Assembly (NCBI GenBank): GCA_023439545.1
Contig: JAEXNT010000036.1
Location: 25,958-89,957 of the forward strand
Length of the DNA: 64,000 nucleotides
Reading direction: 5' to 3'
Origin: Bacillota bacterium
GTDB taxonomy: Bacteria; Bacillota; Clostridia; Acetivibrionales; DTU013
Shown: in pieces, positions 27,912-37,575 of the stretch
How positions within the stretch are numbered: position 1 is the stretch's first letter
Layout: every line of letters starts with the position of its first letter
Position numbers and translations under genes: made by a program
Notes under the pieces: generated by a model
Seen by the model: only the letters and a program-made list of their open reading frames with translations
Told to the model about the DNA's origin: nothing
Database searches by the model: none

Positions 27912-27940
27912 ATTATAACACTTAATTTATTCAGTATCAA
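27912..27940 (-). promoter_or_regulatory. sigma-A promoter of the DUF1646-like gene
   Basis: The minus strand reads TTGATA, a 17-nt spacer, then TATAAT. Confidence 0.6.
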
Positions 27941-27964
27941 GCATAACAGACACGCTTATATGGC

Positions 27965-28216
27965 TTACAAGCGTTTATAAAATTCTTTCAAATCAGCTTT
28001 TATATTATCTGAAAGGAAGGAGTCCTTTATCCCTTCAATTGCACCTTGAACTCCATACAGCATGTGCAGGCATGCTGTATTATCTATTGCCCTGATACGG
28101 ATAAAAGTTTCCTTTGCGCCGGTTTCCCTAAGCTGCTCCGGCGTGGAAATACCTGCTTTCAATAAGTTTTGCTCCAATACTTTTCCTAGATTCGGCAGAC
28201 CTGATAATGCGCTCAT
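27965..28216 (-). CDS. TfoX C-terminal domain protein
   Basis: MSALSGLPNLGKVLEQNLLKAGISTPEQLRETGAKETFIRIRAID...CLHMLYGVQGAIEG fits the TfoX_C helix-hairpin-helix pattern. The longer ORF-track N-terminus is Cys- and Ile-rich and looks non-coding. Confidence 0.65.
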   Translation of the reverse strand: MSALSGLPNLGKVLEQNLLKAGISTPEQLRETGAKETFIRIRAIDNTACLHMLYGVQGAIEGIKDSFLSDNIKADLKEFYKRL

Positions 28217-28376
28217 TTTTTCATCACCCGCTTTTATAATAGCATAATACATCCGACAACAGAATGCCTTATTTAGATTTACTCGACATATACAAATCCC
28301 AGTTATTGACACAATATAAAAATTGTTATATACTTTGTTTAGCAAAGTTATTTATGACCATAAAGGAGATGATCCA

Positions 28377-29036
28377 GTGGAAGATCAAATGCTTGAAAAA
28401 GCTATAGAAGACGTCCAGCTTATCAGGAATGTAATGGACCGCTCTGTTTATTCCCTCAATCTTGCTCACAGGGTGTTTATTTTCTGGGGATGTATGTTTG
28501 CGGTTATAAGCGCCGTTTGCAACCTGTTATTTCTCTTGTGGCCGGGTTTATCAGACACCCTTGCCCGGTCTCCGTTTTTGACCATTTTGCCCAGATTGAT
28601 AGTAGTAATTTCTGCATTCCTAATATTTTTCATATTCAGGAAGAGTATTCAGGATGAAGGCCTGAACAGGCAAATCTTGCTGCTATGGCTTGCCATTTTC
28701 TCATTCAGTGTGATTTTCCCATCAGTATCAATTTTAAGAATGTGGACACTGAATCTCCTCCATGAAAACATGTACTCATACTTTATCCCGGGATTGCCTT
28801 TATCCTGGATTGCCTTGGGAATGTTTTGTATGTATGTATTTACCCATATAAAACCGATTGGGTGGATAGCTTTGATTTGTCTGCTTCTTTTCCTCACTGC
28901 AGACTTAACGTCGGGTCCGTACGCATTGAATATTGCTAAAGTGGCGATATACAGTCTGGCATCACCGCTGGCACTATTGACAGTGGGAATTTTACTCAGG
29001 ATGAAATCACGGCAGAAAGTTATGTTTACCATCTAA
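28377..29036 (+). CDS. hypothetical multi-pass membrane protein, paralog A
   Basis: A GTG start lies 8 nt after AAAGGAG. An N-terminal amphipathic helix (EKAIEDVQLIRNVMDRS) is followed by about 6 TM segments. The layout matches the next gene. Confidence 0.65.
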   Translation: MEDQMLEKAIEDVQLIRNVMDRSVYSLNLAHRVFIFWGCMFAVISAVCNLLFLLWPGLSDTLARSPFLTILPRLIVVISAFLIFFIFRKSIQDEGLNRQILLLWLAIFSFSVIFPSVSILRMWTLNLLHENMYSYFIPGLPLSWIALGMFCMYVFTHIKPIGWIALICLLLFLTADLTSGPYALNIAKVAIYSLASPLALLTVGILLRMKSRQKVMFTI

Positions 29037-29066
29037 ATATTCTCAAAAAGGGCAAGGAGTGTTTTT

Positions 29067-29783
29067 ATGGATAAGTATGTAATAGACAAAGCAGAAAAGG
29101 ACGTTCAGGCTATAAAGGCAATAATAGACAGGACGACGGAAGACTTTATGCAGTTGGGTAAAATCTTCATAGGCTGGGGACTGGTATTTTTAGTATTGTT
29201 TATAGGAGTAGCGGCTGCATATGTTTTCAAAGCCAGGCTGTCAGATATAATTGAAAGATATCCGATCATAACCGTAGTACCTTTAATCCTGGCTGCCGGC
29301 GCGGCATCTGTCAGTTATATCGTCATAACCAGAATGAAAGGATTACACGGATTGACAAAGCCCCTGCTGGCAGTGTGGTTGGTAATAGTCTCCTATGTTA
29401 CCGTATTCCCTGTCCTCAGATATATATCTTCCATAGGAAGAATCGTTAAGGATTATAAAGGTTACTATATAAATAACTATAATATCTTCATTAAAAGTAC
29501 GGTAGATGGTTTTTTCCACTCTTATACTGACATTGGCGCCTTGCTGTTTGCATTTACTTTCGGATTGCTCTGCCTAAGAGTTTTTACCCGTCTCAAATTC
29601 GCAGGTGTGCTTGCTTTTATCTATTTCATACTAATCACAGCAGAATGCGCCATTTATATTACCACGGCAACGGACGGAAGATTTTACACGACATTTTCAA
29701 TTATAAGTTACAGCGTAATCGTACCGGCCACTTTCCTGATCATTGGCGGTTATCTTGAGTCTCGTAAGCTGAGGAGGAGTTGA
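29067..29783 (+). CDS. hypothetical multi-pass membrane protein, paralog B
   Basis: N-terminal helix DKAEKDVQAIKAIIDRTTEDF, then about 6 TM segments. Its stop lies 1 nt before the regulator's ATG. Confidence 0.7.
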   Translation: MDKYVIDKAEKDVQAIKAIIDRTTEDFMQLGKIFIGWGLVFLVLFIGVAAAYVFKARLSDIIERYPIITVVPLILAAGAASVSYIVITRMKGLHGLTKPLLAVWLVIVSYVTVFPVLRYISSIGRIVKDYKGYYINNYNIFIKSTVDGFFHSYTDIGALLFAFTFGLLCLRVFTRLKFAGVLAFIYFILITAECAIYITTATDGRFYTTFSIISYSVIVPATFLIIGGYLESRKLRRS

Positions 29784-29784
29784 G

Positions 29785-30075
29785 ATGGATATCAATTCGA
29801 TCCCCGAGAGCTTCCAGTCGAAATTCAGGATCGCCGTTATCGCCGCTCTGCTAACCGGGCCAAAGACCTTCAGGCAGATTAAGGATCTCACAGACGCAAC
29901 CGACGGCAACCTCAGCGTCCATATGTCCAGACTGGAAGAACTGGGATATATCGACGTCACAAAGGAGTTTGTTGGAAAGAAGCCATGCACGACTTACAAA
30001 CTCACAGAACTGGGCAGGAAACATTTCAAGGAGTATGTAGATCTGCTCGAGAATCTGATAGACAATTCACGTTAA
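29785..30075 (+). CDS. winged-helix transcriptional regulator (HTH_34-like)
   Basis: FRIAVIAALLTGPKTFRQIKDLTDATDGNLSVHMSRLEELGYIDVTKEFVGKKPCTTYKLTELGRKHF matches the ...TDGNLS.H...LE.AGY......F.G..P.T.Y.LT..G pattern. Confidence 0.8.
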   Translation: MDINSIPESFQSKFRIAVIAALLTGPKTFRQIKDLTDATDGNLSVHMSRLEELGYIDVTKEFVGKKPCTTYKLTELGRKHFKEYVDLLENLIDNSR

Positions 30076-30090
30076 GCGAAAGAGAATTAG

Positions 30091-30121
30091 AGCACGAGGA
30101 AAATGATCTTCGTGCTTTTTC
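30091..30121 (+). terminator. rho-independent terminator
   Basis: AGCACGAGGA, loop AAATGA, TCTTCGTGCT (one mismatch), then TTTTTCG. Confidence 0.8.
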
Positions 30122-30202
30122 GTATGTCAGCTAAAAAAGGATTTGTGGATTTTTTGTAGAAATTATAACTAAGAAAGCAAATAATTGGTGCAGAGGCCTG
30201 AT

Positions 30203-31846
30203 ATGAGTAAAAAAACGAATCATTTTACCATCAGATGCATAGCAGCTTCGGTACTTATAATGGGTATACTGCTGTTTCTGTTTTTTGCGAAAGCTTTTGT
30301 GCTTCTTCTTTTTTTCTCTATTCTTTTCGCGGTGTGTTTTACTGCCGCCTTGATCATATTGCATAATAGATCCGATATAGAATTCAAAAAGCTGAGTAAG
30401 GAAATCGAGGAGCTAAAAACCTCGAATGAAGACCTTTTATTTCATAAAAACAGGCTTGATTTGGTAATGGAAGGCTCGAGCGAAGGCTTCTGGGATTGGA
30501 ATATCGCAACCGGAGAAACCTTCTACAGCAATCACTGGTATAAAATACTGGGATATGACCCCGGAGAAACAAAGGTCGATTTCAATATCATCACACAGAC
30601 AATACACCCCGACGACCTGCCGGATGTACTGGAGGCTATTCAAAGCAATACGGAAGGCCAAACGGAGTATTACGACAGGGAGGATCGTTTCCTTACGAAG
30701 GATGGAAAATTGAAATGGCTCCTTATCCGGGGCAAGATCGTCGAGTACACCCCGGACGGCAAACCGGCCCGGATGACGGGAATAGTAAAGGATATCAGCG
30801 AAAAGAAGCTGCATGAGGAGGAAATCAAATACCTGAGCTATCATGATACACTCACGGGCTTATATAATCGTGCTTATTTTGAAAAAGAACTGAAAAAGTA
30901 CCTGAAGACGGATAAGTTCATATCGATCATTATGGGCGATGTCAACGGGCTGAAGATAGCAAATGACGCATTCGGTCATGAAAAAGGAGACCAACTGCTA
31001 AAGGATGTCGCCGGGATCCTGACAGCTTCCTGCCGCAAGAACGACCTGATTGCAAGATTCGGAGGGGACGAATTTGCGATCATTTTACGGGGCGCCGATG
31101 AAAAAACAGTATCCGACGTTATCAGCAGAATTGAAACCCAGTGCGGCAAATGCGGAGGCAGCGTCATCAAACCCAGCATTGCAATCGGTACGGTAACGGT
31201 AATAAATTCTTCCCGGGACTCATCCCTATTAATGAAGACAGCCGAGGAAAATATGTACCGTAACAAGCTGCTGGTTGACAGGAGCACTCACAGCGCCATC
31301 ATCAATTCCTTGAAACAGGCTCTGGCGGAAAAGGATATAGAGACGGAAGAACATGCTCTCCGCCTTTCTGATCAGGGGCTGGAAATCGGGCGGAAAATGG
31401 GATTGAAAAACGATGAACTGGACCAATTGGCGCTGCTTGCTATCCTGCATGATATCGGCAAGGTAGCAATTTCCGACAATATCCTTTTGAAACCGGGAAA
31501 GCTGGATGCTGAAGAATGGGAGATAATGAAGCAACACCCCGCTATAGGATACAGGATCGCAAAAGCATCTCCAGACTTGTCTCATATAGCGGAGGCAATT
31601 CTTTCACACCATGAGAGGTATGACGGAACGGGCTACCCTCAAGGCTTGAAGAGAGAAAGCATACCCATAATATCACGAATTATCTCCGCTGTGGATTCCT
31701 TTGACGCGATGACTCACAAGAGGCCCTACAAGGAAGCAATGTCCGAGGAAAGTGCGCTGGAAGAGCTGAGGCGCTGTTCCGGCAGCCAATTCGATCCTCA
31801 TGTCGTAGATATATTCCTCTCTCTGAAAGAGGGAAAAACACAATAA
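30203..31846 (+). CDS. membrane-anchored PAS-GGDEF-HD-GYP protein (c-di-GMP synthesis and hydrolysis domains)
   Basis: Two N-terminal TM segments. PAS segment (GFWDWNIATGETFYSNHW), GGDEF (RFGGDEFAIIL), HD-GYP (LLAILHDIGKVAI...HHERYDGTGYPQGL). The likely start is MSKKTN at 30203. Confidence 0.9.
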   Translation: MSKKTNHFTIRCIAASVLIMGILLFLFFAKAFVLLLFFSILFAVCFTAALIILHNRSDIEFKKLSKEIEELKTSNEDLLFHKNRLDLVMEGSSEGFWDWNIATGETFYSNHWYKILGYDPGETKVDFNIITQTIHPDDLPDVLEAIQSNTEGQTEYYDREDRFLTKDGKLKWLLIRGKIVEYTPDGKPARMTGIVKDISEKKLHEEEIKYLSYHDTLTGLYNRAYFEKELKKYLKTDKFISIIMGDVNGLKIANDAFGHEKGDQLLKDVAGILTASCRKNDLIARFGGDEFAIILRGADEKTVSDVISRIETQCGKCGGSVIKPSIAIGTVTVINSSRDSSLLMKTAEENMYRNKLLVDRSTHSAIINSLKQALAEKDIETEEHALRLSDQGLEIGRKMGLKNDELDQLALLAILHDIGKVAISDNILLKPGKLDAEEWEIMKQHPAIGYRIAKASPDLSHIAEAILSHHERYDGTGYPQGLKRESIPIISRIISAVDSFDAMTHKRPYKEAMSEESALEELRRCSGSQFDPHVVDIFLSLKEGKTQ

Positions 31847-31896
31847 AGCAACTGTATAGTCATGTCTCCGGGTGTTGTCATATGAACTGATTGTAC

Positions 31897-33084
31897 TCAA
31901 ATTTCCAGCCTTCTTGAAAGTATCATGTTTATAACCGCTATGCCTGCGGCGGCAAGAAATACATACTGATAGCCGAATGCCGTCCACAAAAGGCCCCCCA
32001 ATACGGGTATTGACATGGATACGACATGGTCGATACTGGTGCCCGCGGAAAGGGTCGGCATTACGTCCGCCTGATCAACAGCTATCTTCCTGACGTATGT
32101 CGACCTGGCCATTTCTACGGCGCTCATCGAATTGTCAATTACGTAGCAGGCTGCAATTATGATTACAGCAATACCGGCGCTGAAAATGTCCCCCGCAAAC
32201 GCATAACCCAGACAAATGACAAACAGTAATACCGCTTCCAATGAAAGAATAAACCTTTCACCCTTGATATCTATTGCATTACCGACTATTTTCCTGGTCA
32301 TTATGCTTACAACTGAAACAACCACGCCGAGTACGGCAAATACGGGAGGTCCCACATGAAATATCTGTATCAGCACCCACGGCGCGAAGGTAAGAAATAT
32401 CTGCTTTCTTGCCCCGTTAACGATACACAGTATGTAATACAGGGTATATTTCTTCCTGAATACGAACTTTACTTTTTTATATTCAGGCTTATTTATTTTC
32501 ATAAATCCCATTGATAATGCCGCCAGCACATAAAAGGCAGCCGCTATTATAAAGGCGATCTGGTAAGTCAAACCAAGAAACTTGAACCCCAGCCAGACGA
32601 TCGCATATCCCCCGATAGTGGCAAAAAGGTTATATGCGCTGTATCTGCCAAGGCGGGCTCCGTAGTTTTCTTTCTTCGACAGATCCATCCCGATCACGGG
32701 AGTAACCGGCATTACCATGTGCGTACCAAGGCTGAACATCATCATCCAAACAAGCATGCTCGCAAAGGTGGGAGAAAAAACTCCCAACCCGAACATTCCC
32801 AGCGCTGCCGCAGAAAGCCCTAACATCGCGATCCTTATATCGCCGAGGAAAGCAAGAAGTCCAAGTACGACCATGATAAAAACTCCCGGCAATTCCCGTG
32901 GAAATTCCACTATACCCCGGGCGTCTGCAGATAAATGGTAAACATCATTCAGAAAATTGTTGAATACCGTGGAATTAATTCCGGATGCTACTCCGCTGAG
33001 CATGCCTACTACAAGAAACAATTTAAAATCCCTGTCATCCCTGAAGCTGTCATATATAGAGTCTCGAAGATTCTTAAGTATCAT
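31897..33084 (-). CDS. MFS transporter
   Basis: About 12 TM segments. I chose the start at MILKNL (33084) because AAAGGA precedes it. Confidence 0.8.
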   Translation of the reverse strand: MILKNLRDSIYDSFRDDRDFKLFLVVGMLSGVASGINSTVFNNFLNDVYHLSADARGIVEFPRELPGVFIMVVLGLLAFLGDIRIAMLGLSAAALGMFGLGVFSPTFASMLVWMMMFSLGTHMVMPVTPVIGMDLSKKENYGARLGRYSAYNLFATIGGYAIVWLGFKFLGLTYQIAFIIAAAFYVLAALSMGFMKINKPEYKKVKFVFRKKYTLYYILCIVNGARKQIFLTFAPWVLIQIFHVGPPVFAVLGVVVSVVSIMTRKIVGNAIDIKGERFILSLEAVLLFVICLGYAFAGDIFSAGIAVIIIAACYVIDNSMSAVEMARSTYVRKIAVDQADVMPTLSAGTSIDHVVSMSIPVLGGLLWTAFGYQYVFLAAAGIAVINMILSRRLEI

Positions 33085-33137
33085 GATCAATCCTTTTAAA
33101 TAGTTTACAAAAAGTATACAATAAAGCTTTTTGTAAA

Positions 33138-34031
33138 TCAATCAGTATTTATGCCAGGCTTCTCCACTCTTTTTCTGTATGGCAGATATTCCAGGAAACG
33201 ACGTACAGCAAGAGAAAGCGACTCCTGATTCCTCATGGCAATGCCAATACTTCGGTATGCAGGCGCCTCCAGTTCCTTTGAGATAATATTGTAGTTGATA
33301 CGCTGCAGTATCAATTCCGGTAATATGCTGATACCCAGTCCATTTTCCACCATGGACATAATGGCATAGTCATCCCAGGTTATAAAATGCACCTGCGGAG
33401 TGAGATGATTTCGCTCAAAAATCGCAGAAATTTCCGCTTTCGCACCCTTTTCCAGCAGCATAAATGGATTATTCTCCAATTCTACCATTGGAAATTTGTC
33501 ACAATCCGCAAGCGGGTGATCTTTGGGTAGTATGACAAGCAAACGGTCTTTTTCAAGAGGGATGGTTTCCAGTTCAATACTTGTCGGAAGCCGCAGAAAT
33601 CCGAAATCTACACGGCCCTCCTGAATCCAGCTTTCGATTTCCGTGTAATCACCAAGCAGGAGTTCAAAATCGATCTTTGGATAGTCCTTAAGAAATCTCT
33701 TGATCATGTATGGAAGCCAGTGAGTTGCCACACTGGAAAAAGTACCGATGCGAATCAGCCCGGACTGTATATCATGCAGGTTGTCAACCTGTGCCATTAG
33801 CTTTTCCTGTTCGTTGCAGATACGCTGCAGAACAGGCAGCAGTTTCAGCCCGTCCGAAGTAAGACTGACACCGGCCCTGCCCCTTTCGAGAAGAGAAAAA
33901 CCCCATTCTATTTCCAGATCCCTTATCATCCGGCTGATACCGGACTGTGTGTAATTCAGCGCTTCAGCAGCCTTTGTGAAGCTGCTGTATTCCACTGCCT
34001 TTGTGAATGCCAAATACTTCTGGATGTTCAT
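33138..34031 (-). CDS. LysR-family transcriptional regulator
   Basis: MNIQKYLAFTKAVEYSSFTKAAEALNYTQSGISRMIRDLE is a LysR HTH, followed by a LysR substrate-binding domain. It is divergent from the EamA gene. Confidence 0.9.
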   Translation of the reverse strand: MNIQKYLAFTKAVEYSSFTKAAEALNYTQSGISRMIRDLEIEWGFSLLERGRAGVSLTSDGLKLLPVLQRICNEQEKLMAQVDNLHDIQSGLIRIGTFSSVATHWLPYMIKRFLKDYPKIDFELLLGDYTEIESWIQEGRVDFGFLRLPTSIELETIPLEKDRLLVILPKDHPLADCDKFPMVELENNPFMLLEKGAKAEISAIFERNHLTPQVHFITWDDYAIMSMVENGLGISILPELILQRINYNIISKELEAPAYRSIGIAMRNQESLSLAVRRFLEYLPYRKRVEKPGINTD

Positions 34032-34148
34032 AGTAGACCTCTTTGATACATTTGATTTAATCATATACAACATGATAAACATTCGCTTTTGTTATGTTAA
34101 AGTTTATGATATATTATTCAAGTTCAAATATCAAGACGGGGTGACGCA

Positions 34149-35045
34149 TTGGAAACGAAAAAAGCATATTTCAAATACATTGCAGCTTTACTATTGTTCG
34201 GTCTGAACGGTATTGTGGCAAGCTATATTGCATTAAGCAGCTATGAGATTGTTTTTACAAGAACTCTGATAGGTAGCTTACTTCTGGTGCTGATATTTAT
34301 CGCAACCCGTCAGAAGGTTCATTTTAAGAAGAACAAGGCTCACTTTCTTTATCTGGTGATTTCGGGTGTGGCAATGGGTATAAGCTGGTTGTTCCTGTAT
34401 GAAGCTTATCGCCGGATTGGAGTCAGTATTGCATCGCTGGCATACTACTGCGGCCCGGTGATAGTCATGATTCTCTCGCCAGTTCTGTTTAAGGAAAATA
34501 TAACATGGGCAAAGGCTCTCGGTTTCATTGCCGTGCTGGTTGGTATGTTTTATGTAAACGAACAGGTATTGTCCGGGGGGAAAACCGTATGGGGCATGTT
34601 CTGCGGCATTATGTCTGCTGTTATGTTCGCTGTTATGGTGATTTTTAACAAGAAGGCAAAGAGCATTACCGGATTGGAAAACTCCATGTGGCAGTTGATA
34701 ACAAGTTTTTTTACTGTAGCGATTTTTCTGGGCATCAAGCAGGGCTTTGCTCTCCATATCGAGCCGGGCAGCGTTATCCCGATTCTGATTCTCGGCATTG
34801 TAAATACCGGTATCGGCTGCTTTTTCTATTTTTCTTCCATTAGTAACCTGCCTGTACAGACAATGGCTATCTGTGGCTATCTGGAACCGCTGTCAGCCGT
34901 CATTTTTTCAGTTATTTTTTTAAGTGAAACAATGAACGCAGTACAGATCATCGGCGCCGTACTGATTCTTGGAGGCGCCTTATTCGGAGAATTATTCTGC
35001 TTGATCCGTTATAAAACAGGTAAATTATTTGTTCCTCCAGCATAA
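34149..35045 (+). CDS. EamA/DMT-family transporter
   Basis: 10 TM segments in two EamA repeats. The start is TTG, preceded by GGGGTGA. Confidence 0.8.
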   Translation: METKKAYFKYIAALLLFGLNGIVASYIALSSYEIVFTRTLIGSLLLVLIFIATRQKVHFKKNKAHFLYLVISGVAMGISWLFLYEAYRRIGVSIASLAYYCGPVIVMILSPVLFKENITWAKALGFIAVLVGMFYVNEQVLSGGKTVWGMFCGIMSAVMFAVMVIFNKKAKSITGLENSMWQLITSFFTVAIFLGIKQGFALHIEPGSVIPILILGIVNTGIGCFFYFSSISNLPVQTMAICGYLEPLSAVIFSVIFLSETMNAVQIIGAVLILGGALFGELFCLIRYKTGKLFVPPA

Positions 35046-35087
35046 ATTAGAATTTCATTAGAATTTCATTAGAATTTCATTAGAATT
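35046..35087. repeat. 11-bp tandem repeat, about 3.8 copies (ATTAGAATTTC)
   Basis: ATTAGAATTTC appears at 35046, 35057 and 35068, with a partial copy at 35079. It fills the gap between convergent stop codons. Confidence 0.9.
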
Positions 35088-35097
35088 GGATACAAGA

Positions 35098-37125
35098 CTA
35101 CGAAATTTCCTTCAGCACATCTTCGAAACACGATGCCGTCAGAGGCCTGTTAAAATAGTAGCCCTGCCCGATATTGCACCTTTCCCGTTTCAGCATGATA
35201 GCCTGTTGTGCATTTTCAACACCTTCAGCAACAATTTCAGACTTTAGCAGATGCCCCATTTTAATAATGAATTTGATAAGGGTAACGGTGTTCGGGTTTG
35301 TTGCTGCATCTAAAATAAAGGACTGATCGATTTTTAAAATATCGATCGGCAGGGACTTCAGTACATTCAACGAGGAATATCCCATGCCGAAGTCATCAAT
35401 AGCGACTTTTACCCCGATCGCTCTTAATTCGTTCACAATCCTGCTTGTCTTTTTAATATCCTGCATAACGCTTTCAGTGATTTCAATGATAAGATATTTA
35501 GGGTCGAGTTTTGTTTTTTTTAGAATACGGGTAACCGTCCTTGTAAAGTCGGAATGCTTCAGCTGGCAACCAGAAACGTTGACAGCAATAGGAAAACAGG
35601 GATAGTTGCTATCCTGCCAACTTCTATTCTGCCTGCATGCGGTTTCGAGAATCCACTCCCCCAAAGGGAGGATCAAACCTATATCTTCGGCGCGCGGAAT
35701 AAAATCGGCCGGTGAAACTTCGCCCAATACGGGATGCTGCCAGCGGGCGAGTACTTCCGCTCCGGAGAGTCTTCCCGATTTAAGTTCGAATTGCGGTTGA
35801 TAGTGCAATCTGAATTCCTTTTTTGATAGAGCCCTTCTCAGACCATTTTCCAGTTCCAGAGCTCTAGTCATGTTTTTCTTCAAGGCTGGAGTGAAAAATT
35901 GATATTTGGATTTTCCGCTGATTTTTGAATAGTACATTGCAGCATCGGCATTTATGACAAAGGTATCCACATTGTCGCCATCTCCTGGAAACAGGCTTAT
36001 ACCGATGCTCGAAGTGGTGTAAGCCTCGCAATTCAAATATTTGAATGGACGATTGAATGCCTTGACTATTCTTTGGGCTATCCTGGCACATTTGGCTTTA
36101 CCGGCATTTTTTAGAACGATGACAAACTCGTCTCCCCCGTTCCTGAAAATCATACACTCTTCCTCGATGCATTCGTTAAGCCGTTTGGACGCCTGTCTGA
36201 GTATTTCGTCTCCGAAATTGTGTCCGAAGGTGTCGTTGATGGCCTTGAAGCGATCCAAATCGATGAACATGACTCCCATTTCCATGTTGTGGAGCTTGCA
36301 GAATTCCACGGAACCGGCTGTATATTCGTTGAAAAGCCTCCTGTTCGGAAGATCCGTCAACGGGTCGTGATATGCCATGTATCTTATGCTTTCTTCGACT
36401 TTTTTCAGATGGGTAATGTCAAGCATGGTCCCGAGTACAGCCGGCGAACCGTCGCATTCCATGGTGGAGGAATAGGTTTCCACATAAACTACCTTTCCGT
36501 CTTTTCTTACCATTCTGAACTGCTTCTGCCGTTTACCAGACAATAGATCCCAATCCTTTTCCTCCGGATAATCCCTATCCTCCGGGAAGACCAAATCATG
36601 GAAGCAAATATCAGCTAATTCAATTGATGAGTAACCAAGAAGGTTTTCAATATAGGAGTTGGCATAATAGAAACGTCCCCCCGAGTAGAGAAAAACCCCG
36701 ACAATAGAACTCTGAGAAAGGCTCTGATAGCACCATTCAGTCTCCCGGAACTTTCTTTCGGCATCCTTTTCGTCGGTAATATCCTGCAGGATGGTCAATG
36801 TTGCAGGCTTTCCCTTGAAAAGAATGCCTGTGGAAATTGAACAAAAATCATGGGGCGAGCTGTTCGGCAGGACTACCTTATTTACCGAAAGGGTCGTTGA
36901 TTTGCAGGAGTCTTGAAAAGTAATCCCGTTTGAATCCCCGTCTACGGCACTTTCTAAAAAATCAGCCACAGACCTGCCTTCTATCTCGACCTTATCTGAA
37001 CCGGTACCAGAAAATAGTCTTTGAGCTTTTATATTGGCAAAAACTATCCTCCCTTCCTCTTGAATGATTAAAGCAAAAGGGAGGATAGCGCCAAACTCCT
37101 CTATAAAATTATTCACTCCATCCAT
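35098..37125 (-). CDS. cytoplasmic PAS-PAS-GGDEF-EAL protein
   Basis: GGDEF (RNGGDEFVIVL), EAL domain (GAEVLARWQHP...IIEITES...DDFGMGYSSL...KIDQSF), and two PAS-like segments N-terminally. Confidence 0.9.
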   Translation of the reverse strand: MDGVNNFIEEFGAILPFALIIQEEGRIVFANIKAQRLFSGTGSDKVEIEGRSVADFLESAVDGDSNGITFQDSCKSTTLSVNKVVLPNSSPHDFCSISTGILFKGKPATLTILQDITDEKDAERKFRETEWCYQSLSQSSIVGVFLYSGGRFYYANSYIENLLGYSSIELADICFHDLVFPEDRDYPEEKDWDLLSGKRQKQFRMVRKDGKVVYVETYSSTMECDGSPAVLGTMLDITHLKKVEESIRYMAYHDPLTDLPNRRLFNEYTAGSVEFCKLHNMEMGVMFIDLDRFKAINDTFGHNFGDEILRQASKRLNECIEEECMIFRNGGDEFVIVLKNAGKAKCARIAQRIVKAFNRPFKYLNCEAYTTSSIGISLFPGDGDNVDTFVINADAAMYYSKISGKSKYQFFTPALKKNMTRALELENGLRRALSKKEFRLHYQPQFELKSGRLSGAEVLARWQHPVLGEVSPADFIPRAEDIGLILPLGEWILETACRQNRSWQDSNYPCFPIAVNVSGCQLKHSDFTRTVTRILKKTKLDPKYLIIEITESVMQDIKKTSRIVNELRAIGVKVAIDDFGMGYSSLNVLKSLPIDILKIDQSFILDAATNPNTVTLIKFIIKMGHLLKSEIVAEGVENAQQAIMLKRERCNIGQGYYFNRPLTASCFEDVLKEIS

Positions 37126-37185
37126 TTCATTCTTTCATCGTACTTACCCATACCTACGCCTCCAAAAATTTTACTTTGTCCGGTG

Positions 37186-37551
37186 CTATTTCGTTGCAAG
37201 CCAGTCCAATGCTTCCTCTTTTGTATTGAAGATTCTAAATTCGGTCTTGAGAAACTTGGATGCGCCGTCAAACATAACTTTTGTAAGCCCTTTTATTCCA
37301 ACCATTGAGTTTGCCTTTAAATATTTCTGGTGCTCAGGCGTGTATTTGTTAAAAGCAGTCAAGGTATTCATACTAAAGGGCGAATTTTCGTAATTACCCA
37401 ACATCAATACCGAACCGATAGGTTCTTTTCTAATGACGATATCCACTTCAGCAAGCATTTGTATCGACTGTTCCGATTTCAGATTGGAAAAATCCGTATA
37501 GAAAATCCTTTTCCCCTTATGAGTGACCCACTGAATCCTGTCTTCGTACAT
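37186..37551 (-). CDS. small SpoIIAA-like/STAS-SEC14-type protein (tentative)
   Basis: 121 aa. The overall pattern and the C-terminal ...FNTKEEALDWL resemble the STAS/SEC14 (DUF3478-like) family. The assignment is from memory only. Confidence 0.45.
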   Translation of the reverse strand: MYEDRIQWVTHKGKRIFYTDFSNLKSEQSIQMLAEVDIVIRKEPIGSVLMLGNYENSPFSMNTLTAFNKYTPEHQKYLKANSMVGIKGLTKVMFDGASKFLKTEFRIFNTKEEALDWLATK

Positions 37552-37575
37552 AATACACCTCCAAGTTTAATTTTG

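Noticed and set aside
34075-34095. ATAAACA-N7-TGTTAT imperfect inverted repeat in the LysR/EamA divergent region, as a possible LysR T-N11-A box
   Set aside because: The symmetry is imperfect and the region is very AT-rich, so a chance match is likely. The support is not strong enough to list it as a feature.
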